A stretch of DNA of 36,763 nucleotides from Chloroflexota bacterium. Lineage in GTDB: Bacteria; Chloroflexota; Dehalococcoidia; Lucifugimonadales; UBA3495. The stretch is taken from the NCBI GenBank assembly GCA_027623675.1, contig JAQBVF010000033.1:1-36763 (forward strand), written 5' to 3'. Numbering within the stretch: the first letter of the stretch is position 1; each line of letters opens with the position of its first letter. Positions 8,380 to 17,382 of this stretch are shown one piece after another. The notes under the pieces are model-generated. The model was not told the origin of the DNA, searched no databases, and saw nothing but the letters and a program-made list of their open reading frames with translations. A program made the translations under genes and the position numbers.

Positions 8380-9672
8380 ATCGCTAAGCAAGAGCCAGAA
8401 CAACAGCAAGAACAACCACCTAGGGTCCGGCCCGCCCGCCGGCGTCTGCAAACATTGGACTCATGGAAGGCTTACCGCGACTTCCGATTCCTCTGGGTCG
8501 GCAACTTCTTCGCCAACACCGCTCAATGGCTGCAACTTCTTTCCGTCGGCTGGCTGGTGCGCGACCTAACCGACTCATTCGCGGCCTCCGGACTGCTGGT
8601 GGTGACCGTTGGCGGCATGACCACCCTGCCGACCCTGATCGTTGGTCCCTGGGCAGGAGTGTTGGGCGACCGCGTCGATCGCAGGAAGCTGGTCATGCGC
8701 GTGCAAACATTCATGGCCGTCGCCGCGATCACCTTTGCCCTGGTGGTGCAGTCGGGACGGGTGGAGTGGTGGCACGCCTACATCTACGTCCTGGTCTCAG
8801 GGGTTTGCTGGTCAACCACCCTTACCATGCGCCAGACGCTGGTGGCCAACACCGTGCCCAGAGAATCACTGGTCAACGCCTACGCATCCAACACACTGAC
8901 CATCACCGGCACCCGGATGATTGGCCCCTTCATCGGCGGCATCCTGATCACCACGGTGGGTTTCACCTGGAACTTCGCCATTGAGGCCTGTCTGTACGCG
9001 GCAACGGTGCTGGCCTTCCTGCGCATGAAGACGCCTTATTACCTGGAGCGGGCGGCGGACTCTAACGGCTCGCCCTGGGCCAACTTTGTGGAGGGCATCC
9101 AGTACATCCGTAAGCAAGAGCGGGTGATTCTGAACCTGATCCTGCTGGGCCTCATACCCAACGTTCTGTTGCATCCGGTATGGTTCATGCTGCCGGTTTT
9201 CACCGTTGACGTCCTGCACCGGAACGCCGATGTGGGCGGCTATCTGTTGGCCGTTACCGGGTTCGGCGGCCTCATATCGGCGTTGACCATCGCTTCGCTG
9301 GGGTTCGGCGCCAACCGCGGCTTGATCTGCCTCTGGGCCGTGCTGGCCAGCTCTGTCGCGGTCATATTGTTCGCCTATTCGCAGTGGCTGGTCCTGGCGA
9401 TGGTCCTGATCGGGTTGATGTCGATGGCCCAGGCGACGTTCCGAACGTCGTCCAGCACCCTGATACAATCTTTGGTGCCCGATCAACTGCGCGGCCGCAT
9501 CACCAGCCTGCACATGTATAGCCAGGGGTTCGTGTTCATGTCCAGCTTGGCGGTGGGATGGCTGGTCGACCTTACGACAGTCGTGGTGGCCCTGACCGTG
9601 GTCGGGGTGACCGGAACGGTATTGGGACTGGTTTCGTACCTGGTTCTCTCCAGGGTGCGGGAGGCGCGTTAG
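8380..9672 (+). CDS. MFS transporter (start probably ATC 8380; first canonical start is TTG 8455)
   Basis: RDFRFLW, motif A GVLGDRVDRRKL, VPDQLRGRI, ~12 hydrophobic segments. Confidence 0.88.
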   Translation: MAKQEPEQQQEQPPRVRPARRRLQTLDSWKAYRDFRFLWVGNFFANTAQWLQLLSVGWLVRDLTDSFAASGLLVVTVGGMTTLPTLIVGPWAGVLGDRVDRRKLVMRVQTFMAVAAITFALVVQSGRVEWWHAYIYVLVSGVCWSTTLTMRQTLVANTVPRESLVNAYASNTLTITGTRMIGPFIGGILITTVGFTWNFAIEACLYAATVLAFLRMKTPYYLERAADSNGSPWANFVEGIQYIRKQERVILNLILLGLIPNVLLHPVWFMLPVFTVDVLHRNADVGGYLLAVTGFGGLISALTIASLGFGANRGLICLWAVLASSVAVILFAYSQWLVLAMVLIGLMSMAQATFRTSSSTLIQSLVPDQLRGRITSLHMYSQGFVFMSSLAVGWLVDLTTVVVALTVVGVTGTVLGLVSYLVLSRVREAR

Positions 9673-9807
9673 ACCCGCGTCTCCCGAAACATCGGTATGG
9701 CCATCCTGAGACCGGGCGGTCGAATAGCGTTGAAAAGCAAAAGAATCTGGCTACCCTCAAGCTCCGGGGAGGTCTTGAGCAAGCTGCGGCCCAATCGAGG
9801 TTGAGAT

Positions 9808-10206
9808 TTGTTCTGGTTATATCTGGCGGTTGCCATAGTCGCGGCTGTAGCCGCCCTGGCGCTGGTCCTAACTTGGTACATACGCTGGTTGGGGAGGCGC
9901 GAACCCTACGGGGCCTTTCTGCGGCTCAACACCCGACGGAAGATCACCTTCTTCCGGTTGCTGCTGTTTGATAAAGAGAAACGCGTTCCCTTTTACATCA
10001 AGTTTATCCCGGTCGCGTTGGTGATATACCTGTCGGTCCCCTTCGACATAATTCCTGATTTCGTGCCTGTGCTGGGCTACTTGGACGATGTCGCGATCGC
10101 TCTTTTGGCTTTGGTCCTAATCATTAAACTATTGCCTCAAGGCGTGGCCCAGGAGCTGATCGACCAAGCGGCGGGCGTCGATGAGCCCCGTCCATCGGCC
10201 GAATAG
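9808..10206 (+). CDS. DUF1232 (YkvA-like) membrane protein
   Basis: YLSVPFDIIPDFVPVLGYLDD signature. Confidence 0.88.
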   Translation: MFWLYLAVAIVAAVAALALVLTWYIRWLGRREPYGAFLRLNTRRKITFFRLLLFDKEKRVPFYIKFIPVALVIYLSVPFDIIPDFVPVLGYLDDVAIALLALVLIIKLLPQGVAQELIDQAAGVDEPRPSAE

Positions 10207-10378
10207 AGCTGAATCCCTAAGAGTTACGCCGACCGGCACGGCCTGCCGATCGGTCGGCACGTCCTCCGACTGAAGTTCACCGACCGATTGTCCGCGGAAG
10301 CCACGACAGTGATGCGCCGTGATGCGCTATGAAGAATTTCCGGTGCGAGGCCCGTTCGATTTGGAGTAACATCGCTTA

Positions 10379-11869
10379 GTGATTTCCCGCATCAAGAACA
10401 GTTCCGACTACAAGTGGTGGGTGTTTGGCGCCATCGCCATTGGCACGTTTCTGTCAGTGGTCGACCACGGCAGCGTATTGGTGGCCTTGCCCAGCATCGA
10501 GCGTCACTTCGGATCCGACCTGCCAACGGTCCAGTGGATCGTGGTGGGTTACGCCCTCGCCATCAGCGTTTTGATCCTGCCCATGGGCCGGTTGGGCGAC
10601 ATGATTGGGCGGCGTCACGTGTACGTGGGCGGGATGGTCATCTTCGTGGTGGCCGCCGCCCTAGCCGGAGCGTCGCCCAACCTGGGCTCGTTGATCGCGT
10701 CCAAGATATTCCAGGGCGTTGGCTCGGCCATGGTGCAGGGTTCGGGCATGGCCATGATCATCTCAACCTTCCCCGGCTCTGAGCGGGGCAAGGCACTGGG
10801 CACCCATCTGAGCGTGGTTGGCACGGGCGCCATCGCCGGGCCGGCCATCGGTGGTCTCTTGGTCAGCGCCTTCGATTGGCGGTCGGTCTTCTTCGCCAAC
10901 GTGCCGGTGGGGCTATTCACCATCGTCATCTCGTTGCTGATCCTACCCCTGAGCAAGCCGGACGCCCCGCCGGAAGGCCAGCGGTTCGACTGGGGTGGCG
11001 CGGTGCTATCGGGCTTGGCGTTGATGGGATTCCTGCTGGTGGTGGGGAACGGAGACCGTTTCGGCTGGACATCCCCTGCCATCTATATCGGAGCGGCAGC
11101 CACCCTCTTGGCCATCGTAGCGTTCATCAAGTGGGAGCTGCGGACGCCGTCTCCCATGCTCGAACTGCGCCTCTTCAAAAGGAAGCTGGTCAGCCTGGGC
11201 GTGGCGGCCGGCTGGTTGGCCTTCCTTGGCACCTCGGCCTCCCGGTTCATGATGCCCTTCTACTTGCAGCGCGTGCTGGAGTTCGGTCCAAGGGATGTGG
11301 GACTGCTGCTGATCCCGCCGGCGCTCTGCATGGTGGTGATCGGCCCCATCAGCGGCCGGCTCTCGGACCGGTTTGGCTGGCGGGGACTTACGGTCGGCGG
11401 ACTGGCCCTATCGGTCGTTGCATGGGCCGTGCTTGCCATCACCCTCACCGAGTCCTCCCCGGTGTTGCTGATAATAATCATGTTGATGTTCCAAAGCGCC
11501 GGCACCGCCCTGTTTAACTCGCCCAACAACAGCTCGATCCTGAGCGCGGTTGAGCGGTCGCAATACGGCGTGGTATCGGCGTTGACCCAGTTGGTACGGA
11601 ACTCGGCCAACGTGACCAGCATCGCCGTCGCCACCACCGTGATCGTGGCGACCATGGGGTCCAGGGGCGTGGAGCCAAGCCTGGACGCCGTATCGCCGGC
11701 CGTAGCCGAGGCCTTTGTGGCGGGACTCCGTTGGGCCTTCTTGATGTTGGGCGGGTTGTTGATGGTGGGCATCGCCATCGCCCTGCTGCGGGGAGAGCGT
11801 CCCGATCCGGTCCAGCCTGTGAAGTCAGAACCGGCCGAATCCATAAAGGTCAGCCCTGCATCTGAATAG
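10379..11869 (+). CDS. MFS transporter, DHA2/EmrB-QacA-like
   Basis: VALPSI, GRLGDMIGRR, ERGKALG, WRSVFFANVPVG, FDWGGA motifs. GTG start with GGAG SD. Confidence 0.92.
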   Translation: MISRIKNSSDYKWWVFGAIAIGTFLSVVDHGSVLVALPSIERHFGSDLPTVQWIVVGYALAISVLILPMGRLGDMIGRRHVYVGGMVIFVVAAALAGASPNLGSLIASKIFQGVGSAMVQGSGMAMIISTFPGSERGKALGTHLSVVGTGAIAGPAIGGLLVSAFDWRSVFFANVPVGLFTIVISLLILPLSKPDAPPEGQRFDWGGAVLSGLALMGFLLVVGNGDRFGWTSPAIYIGAAATLLAIVAFIKWELRTPSPMLELRLFKRKLVSLGVAAGWLAFLGTSASRFMMPFYLQRVLEFGPRDVGLLLIPPALCMVVIGPISGRLSDRFGWRGLTVGGLALSVVAWAVLAITLTESSPVLLIIIMLMFQSAGTALFNSPNNSSILSAVERSQYGVVSALTQLVRNSANVTSIAVATTVIVATMGSRGVEPSLDAVSPAVAEAFVAGLRWAFLMLGGLLMVGIAIALLRGERPDPVQPVKSEPAESIKVSPASE

Positions 11870-11897
11870 GTGAGGGGCTCGGTCAAACTTCGCCAGC

Positions 11898-11926
11898 TTG
11901 ACACCCCTAGTTTTCGATGCCAGACT
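11898..11926 (+). promoter_or_regulatory. Putative sigma70 promoter of the CDGSH gene
   Basis: TTGACA, 17-nt spacer, (TGC)CAGACT. Confidence 0.5.
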
Positions 11927-12023
11927 TATTTTTCATTCCTGATAGCTGGCGAAACGCTGCGTGCGGCCTGCCCATCTATCCCGATTCCGAGACCAGAAAC
12001 AAAGTAATGATGGAGGAATTTAA

Positions 12024-12230
12024 ATGGCAGATGTGAACATCGAGATTCGAGAGAACGGCCCCATGCGCGTTACCGGCCCCATTTCAATCACCGACAAAGA
12101 CGGCAAATCCTACAGCATCCCCGAGGGACAATGGGTCAGCCTCTGCCGCTGCGGTCACTCCGCGAAGAAGCCTTTCTGCGACTCCGCCCACCGGAACGCG
12201 GGGTTCGTCGGCGAATCCGCAGCTTTCTAA
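12024..12230 (+). CDS. CDGSH iron-sulfur domain protein
   Basis: ENGP...LCRCGHSAKKPFCDSAH. GGAGG SD. Confidence 0.93.
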   Translation: MADVNIEIRENGPMRVTGPISITDKDGKSYSIPEGQWVSLCRCGHSAKKPFCDSAHRNAGFVGESAAF

Positions 12231-12252
12231 AGTCCGATAACGACCTGGCAAC

Positions 12253-12286
12253 AAAAAGGGGTTCCGATCATTCGGGACCCCTTTTT
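12253..12286. terminator. Bidirectional intrinsic terminator
   Basis: AAAAAGGGGTTCCGA-tcat-TCGGGACCCCTTTTT between convergent genes. Confidence 0.85.
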
Positions 12287-12324
12287 ATATCCGGTTTTAT
12301 ATCCGGGCCTGTTCGGGCCAGATG

Positions 12325-13395
12325 CTAGTTCGACCGGTAGAGCCGCCGGATCTTGCGCACCGCTTCCAGCCTCGACTCGGCCAGGTGGTCCGCCGCCTTG
12401 GCCGTGGGGATCTCGTCACGCTTGGAGACGGCGATAACCCGCTCCATGATCTCGTAGATCCGCTCGGTCTTTTCTCTGGCCCGGTCGGCGTTATAAGCGC
12501 CGCTCACCTCGGACTCCACGTTGATTATCCCGCCGCTGTTCAATATGTAGTCGGGGCCATAGATGATGCCTCTAGTGTGAAGCGACGCGCCATCAGATTC
12601 TGAGAGAAGTTGGTTGTTGGCGCCGCCGGCCACCACTTTGCAGGTCAACTGGGGGATCGTTTCCGGGCTGATCACGCCGCCGAGGGCGCAGGGCGCGAAG
12701 ATATCGCAGTCTTGGCTATAGATATCGTCGGGCTTCACCACCGCCAACCCCAGGTCGCGCGCCCGGTCCAACGCCCCTTCATAAACGTCGGTCACCACGA
12801 TCTTGGCATCCTCTTTCATCAGGTGGTGGGCGGCGTAGGTCGCCACCTTGCCAAACCCCTGCATCGCAACCTTCTTGCCGGCCAGCGAATCGCTGCCCCA
12901 GACCTCTTTGGCGCAGGCTTTCATTCCCATGTAGATGCCCAGTCCGGTCATGATGGAGGTGTCGCCGCTGCCGCCGGAGGTTAAGGGCAAGCCGACCACA
13001 TAGTCGGTTTCCTGTTTGATAGCTTCCAGATCGCGGCCGGTGGTGCCAACATCGGTGGTGGTCAGGTAGCGGCCGCCCAGCGTGTCCACGAACCGGCCGT
13101 AGGCCCGGATCAGGGCCTCAGTCTTGTCCTTGTGGGAGTCGGCGATGATCACCCCTTTGCCGCCGCCCAGGGGCAGGTCCGCCGCCGAGGATTTATAGGT
13201 CATGGCCCGGGATAGCCGCATGGCGTCCGAGAGCGCTTCCTGCTCCGAGTGGTAGGGCCAGATGCGGGTGCCGCCGCAAGCGGGCCCCAGGGTGGTGTCG
13301 TGTATCGCGATGATTGCCCTAAGTCCTGAACCGGCGTCAGATACCATCACCACTTGTTCGTGACCCTCGGCGCCCATCTGTTCAAGAATCTCCAA
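12325..13395 (-). CDS. Leucine dehydrogenase (Glu/Leu/Phe/Val dehydrogenase family)
   Basis: IAIHDTTLGPACGGTR, MTYKS, LGGGKGVI, QGFGKV, DIFAPCALGG, GGANNQL. Confidence 0.93.
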   Translation of the reverse strand: MEILEQMGAEGHEQVVMVSDAGSGLRAIIAIHDTTLGPACGGTRIWPYHSEQEALSDAMRLSRAMTYKSSAADLPLGGGKGVIIADSHKDKTEALIRAYGRFVDTLGGRYLTTTDVGTTGRDLEAIKQETDYVVGLPLTSGGSGDTSIMTGLGIYMGMKACAKEVWGSDSLAGKKVAMQGFGKVATYAAHHLMKEDAKIVVTDVYEGALDRARDLGLAVVKPDDIYSQDCDIFAPCALGGVISPETIPQLTCKVVAGGANNQLLSESDGASLHTRGIIYGPDYILNSGGIINVESEVSGAYNADRAREKTERIYEIMERVIAVSKRDEIPTAKAADHLAESRLEAVRKIRRLYRSN

Positions 13396-13653
13396 GATCT
13401 GCCACCCCCTTTATCTCTGCCGGAATGACCCGCGTTCTCCGCCGGCCGAAGCAACACGCGCTTGATGTTTAAGATGCGGCGCGAACACCGCGCGGTCCCG
13501 TGCCTACCCTTTAATTATAGCCCAAAGCAGGCCCAACTCCTCCCACGGGCGATCTATCTTTGGGGCGCGACAGGTTAGGGCGTATAATCCCAGGCATCGG
13601 CGGGAGGCCCATGCCTAGCCTCCCGGCCCTAGGCTATCAGAAGGAGAAGCGAC

Positions 13654-14094
13654 ATGGCACAACAGACGATGCATGCGCGGATGGGCGGCGAGACGGGCGG
13701 ACCGGAAGAACTGATCCAAGCGGGAGCGGTCACCTTTGGCCTGGAATACCGAACGCTCCACGAAGGCGCCGAAGATGGCGTCTGTATCCACGTCTATGGC
13801 AACAATCTGGAAGGTGAAGACAAGGAACTGCTGCGGTTCGACTGCTTCCGGGTCGCGCCTCACTACCACTACCGGAACGCCACCGTGAAGAAGAATGAGC
13901 GGCTGATGCTGGACTTCACGGCGGAGGGCGATTCCCTGGCCTGGACCCTGGACAAGATCAAGAACCGGCTGCCGATCATGTTGATCCGCTGCCAGGCCGA
14001 GGACATCGCCAGGCAGGTGGACCAGCGCGACATCGACGCCGCGCTGCCCAAGATCGCGGCCTGGGCCGAGACCAAAACCCACAACCGCGCCTAG
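13654..14094 (+). CDS. Hypothetical protein (LLRFDCF...PHYHY motif)
   Basis: AAGGAG SD, typical codon usage, upstream TATAAT, downstream terminator. Confidence 0.8.
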   Translation: MAQQTMHARMGGETGGPEELIQAGAVTFGLEYRTLHEGAEDGVCIHVYGNNLEGEDKELLRFDCFRVAPHYHYRNATVKKNERLMLDFTAEGDSLAWTLDKIKNRLPIMLIRCQAEDIARQVDQRDIDAALPKIAAWAETKTHNRA

Positions 14095-14141
14095 CCGCCA
14101 CCGGCATTGCCCGGTTTCGTTGGGCGGCGAATGGCTGCTAC

Positions 14142-14172
14142 AAGGCCCGTGTTTTACGCGGGCCTTTTGTTT
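14142..14172 (+). terminator. Intrinsic terminator
   Basis: AAGGCCCG...CGGGCCTT followed by TTGTTT. Confidence 0.65.
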
Positions 14173-14290
14173 GGTTGCGGCTCAACTGTCGCCCCCTCCG
14201 GCGTAGATGCTACAATCCCAACTCGGTCCGAACTTAGAAAGCCCAGCAAGCCCGAACGGGAACTCAACCTGAACGAACCGGAGGAAACAG

Positions 14291-14815
14291 ATGGCACAGC
14301 AGTATTCAGCGCCGCCGGCGATGACAATCGATGAGTCCAAAACCTACACCGCCACGGTCAAGACCAACCACGGCAACATCACCTTGGAATTATTAGCGGC
14401 CGATGCCCCGGTGACGGTGAATAATTTCGTGTTCCTGGCCAGGGACGGCTTCTACAAGGGAGGCAAGTTCCACCGGGTGATCAAAGACTTCATGATCCAG
14501 GGCGGCTGCCCCACCGGAGACGGCACCGGCGGACCCGGCTACCGCTTCCAAGACGAGCCGGTCACCCGCAGCTATGTGAAGGGCACCCTGGCCATGGCCA
14601 ACGCGGGTCCCAACACCAACGGCAGCCAGTTCTTCATCGTCCACGGCGCGGATGTGGGACTGCCCCCCAACTACACCATCTTCGGCAGCATGACCGGCGG
14701 GGAAGATGTGCTGGACACGATCGCCACATCCCCGGTGGCGGCCAACAGAGGCGGCGAACCCTCCAGCCCAACCACGCCCCTAGAGATCAGCGACATCGAG
14801 ATCCAGGAGTCGTAG
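14291..14815 (+). CDS. Cyclophilin-type peptidyl-prolyl cis-trans isomerase
   Basis: FHRVIKDFMIQGG, GTLAMANAGPNTNGSQFFI. Confidence 0.96.
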   Translation: MAQQYSAPPAMTIDESKTYTATVKTNHGNITLELLAADAPVTVNNFVFLARDGFYKGGKFHRVIKDFMIQGGCPTGDGTGGPGYRFQDEPVTRSYVKGTLAMANAGPNTNGSQFFIVHGADVGLPPNYTIFGSMTGGEDVLDTIATSPVAANRGGEPSSPTTPLEISDIEIQES

Positions 14816-14892
14816 GGGTTTAATCGATCCCTACCCCAAGCACGGTCCTGTCTCTAGAGGCGGGGCCAACATAGGCGAAACCTTCCGGCGCT

Positions 14893-16221
14893 TTAGTCCG
14901 CTTCCGCGGGCTCGAGCGCCGGTTTTCTTACGGGCCGCTTGGCCAAGACGAAACATACCGCGCCCGCAATGTTTGTCAGGACCATCACGATGAACGCGTC
15001 GGTATACGAACCCTGGATATCGCGCATCCAGCCGACCAACGGGGCCGCGATGAGCAGCAGCAGGTTCATGGGCACGGTCGAAAGGCCCAATATCTTCCCG
15101 AAAGACGCCGAGCCGAAATAATCGCCACGGATGGCCACGGTCAACGGGTTACGCCCGCCGAAGCCCGCCCCGAACAACGCCGCAAAGACATAGAACGTGG
15201 CTAGGGAGTCGGCGGTCACCAGAACAATCACGCCCAGCGCTTGCAGGCTGGTGAAGAAAGCCAGGGCCAGCCTGATGGGGATCTTTCCACCCAGATAGCC
15301 GCCCACCAACTGGAATCCCATGGCCACGGCGGTGTAGACCGAGACCACGAAGGCCGCGTCCTGAAGGTGATAGCCCTTGTCCACCATCAGCAACCCCAGG
15401 TGGGCCATGATGGCCAGGATCACCATGGAAGTGAACCCGTGACCGAAGGCGATCAGCCAGAACGCTGGAGTGCGGATGGCCTCGGACGCGGTGAAGTTAA
15501 TTTCCACCGGACGGGGCGGAGTGGACCTGCCGGCCGCCACGTTCTCAGCCTCATTGGAGGAGACCGGTTTGTCACCATCGGGCAGCAGCCCCATATCCTC
15601 CGGCCGGTTGCGGATGAGTCTGGAGATTGGCCCGGCGACCAGAATCATGAATATGCCCAAGACGGTGGCGGTCATGCGCCAGCCCAGGCGGTCTTGGTCG
15701 GGGTCGATGGACCAGGCGATCACCGGCACCAGGACCAGCGCGCCCGCCCGGCTGGCCATGTTGGACCAACCCAGAGCCATGGACCGGCGACGGTGGAACC
15801 ACCGGTTGATCATGGTCATCAGGGGTATCCAACTGCCCAGACCCTGGCCCACGGCCATCAAGACGTAGGCTAGGTAGAACATCCACAGGTTCTGCACCTG
15901 GCCCAGGAAGACGAAAGCCCCGCCCAGGATGGTGAGCCCGATGAACACCATCCGGCGGGTGCCGACCTTGTCGGTGAGATAACCTTCGATGGGTCCCATC
16001 AAGCCACCCTCAACCCTGGTAAAGGTGAGGGCAAACCCAAGTTGGGTCCGGTTCCAGCCGAACTCGCGCTCCAATGCCACGGCCCAAACGCTCATGGCGT
16101 GGAAAAGCGGAACGGTGGATACAACCATTACAAACCCGCTGATCCCAACCAGCCACCAGCCGTAAAACACGTTGCCGAACCGGTTGGGACCGCGGGTCCT
16201 AGGGGGCGGTGAAGCAGAAAT
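14893..16221 (-). CDS. MFS transporter (OFA-like; start probably ATT 16221, first canonical start is GTG 16170)
   Basis: FYGWW, GYLTDKVGTRR, RWFHRRRSMALG, PEDMGLLPDGD, DYFG motifs. Confidence 0.88.
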   Translation of the reverse strand: MSASPPPRTRGPNRFGNVFYGWWLVGISGFVMVVSTVPLFHAMSVWAVALEREFGWNRTQLGFALTFTRVEGGLMGPIEGYLTDKVGTRRMVFIGLTILGGAFVFLGQVQNLWMFYLAYVLMAVGQGLGSWIPLMTMINRWFHRRRSMALGWSNMASRAGALVLVPVIAWSIDPDQDRLGWRMTATVLGIFMILVAGPISRLIRNRPEDMGLLPDGDKPVSSNEAENVAAGRSTPPRPVEINFTASEAIRTPAFWLIAFGHGFTSMVILAIMAHLGLLMVDKGYHLQDAAFVVSVYTAVAMGFQLVGGYLGGKIPIRLALAFFTSLQALGVIVLVTADSLATFYVFAALFGAGFGGRNPLTVAIRGDYFGSASFGKILGLSTVPMNLLLLIAAPLVGWMRDIQGSYTDAFIVMVLTNIAGAVCFVLAKRPVRKPALEPAEAD

Positions 16222-16327
16222 GGCCTCTAATCTCCCAGGCCAGACGGTCCGGTCCGGCCTCGCCGAAACAGGATATCACAGTGCCGAATATCTGCTACGA
16301 GGCATCATCGGCGAGGCGAGCCTAACC

Positions 16328-17188
16328 TTACTCCCGGCCCATCTCCACCCAGACCCGGTAGACCCGGTTCTTGGCCAACCCCGAGGAACTCGCCACCCGC
16401 GCCACCGCGTCCTTGGCCCGCACCCCGTCCTGCCGAAGCTGAGCCAGGCTTAACCGCAGGCCAGCGTCGACCTCGGCCTCGTCATTGGCATCTGAGTCTG
16501 GGTCAGCTCCAACTTGAGCCTCCTCGGCGGGCCGGCCCTGCACCACAACCACCACCTCGCCCCGGGGCGAACCGAAATATTCCAACGCCTCGGCGGCGGT
16601 CCCCCGGAAGACTTCTTCATGCAGCTTGGTCAATTCCCGGCACACGGCCATCGGCCGGCCGCCCAACGTGGCATCAAGGTCGGTCAGTGTGGCCCGGAGC
16701 CGGTGGGGCGCCTCGAACAGCACCAACGGCGCCGCCGACAGACCCGCTTGGCGCAGCGCCGCCTGCCGGTCCTTCTTACGCCTCGGCAGGAACCCCAGAA
16801 ACAAGAAACCGTCACCAGGGAATCCGGACAGGGCCAGGGCCGCCGTGACCGCCGATGGACCTGGAACGACCTCCACCTTGAATCCCGCTTGTGCCGCGGC
16901 GGCAACCAGTTCCGCGCCCGGGTCGCTGACTCCCGGCATCCCGGCGTCGGTGACCAATGCCACGTCGCCTTGGGCCAGCTCGGCCAGCACGCCATCCAGC
17001 TTGGCCCGCCAATTGTGCTGGTGGAAGCTGGTGGTCCGGGGCCGGATGCCAAGGTGGTTCAAAAGGCGGCGAGACACCCGGGTGTCTTCGGCCGCAACCA
17101 ATGACACTTCTCCCAGCACCCGGGCCGCCCGTGGGGTGAGGTCGCCCAGGTTCCCGATGGGCGTGCCTACTATATATAAGGTTCCCAA
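16328..17188 (-). CDS. rsmI: 16S rRNA (cytidine1402-2'-O)-methyltransferase
   Basis: GTLYIVGTPIGNLGD, AAEDTR, DAGMPGVSDPG, FLGFLP, RELTKLHEE. Start set at TTG 17188. Confidence 0.95.
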   Translation of the reverse strand: MGTLYIVGTPIGNLGDLTPRAARVLGEVSLVAAEDTRVSRRLLNHLGIRPRTTSFHQHNWRAKLDGVLAELAQGDVALVTDAGMPGVSDPGAELVAAAAQAGFKVEVVPGPSAVTAALALSGFPGDGFLFLGFLPRRKKDRQAALRQAGLSAAPLVLFEAPHRLRATLTDLDATLGGRPMAVCRELTKLHEEVFRGTAAEALEYFGSPRGEVVVVVQGRPAEEAQVGADPDSDANDEAEVDAGLRLSLAQLRQDGVRAKDAVARVASSSGLAKNRVYRVWVEMGRE

Positions 17189-17382
17189 TCTAAAATCCCG
17201 GCCGCGATTTACTGGTCCAGAACCAGCAGGCAAACAGGCCGTTACCTATTATATGTATTTGGCTGCGTTGCTTGCCGGGCGGGCGGCCATAGCCCTTGCC
17301 GTATGGCAAGTCCGCAAGTAAGCTCTCTTAGGCTGGCCGACACGGTCGGCCAGATCTCAAACACCGATCAACCGGAGGAACC

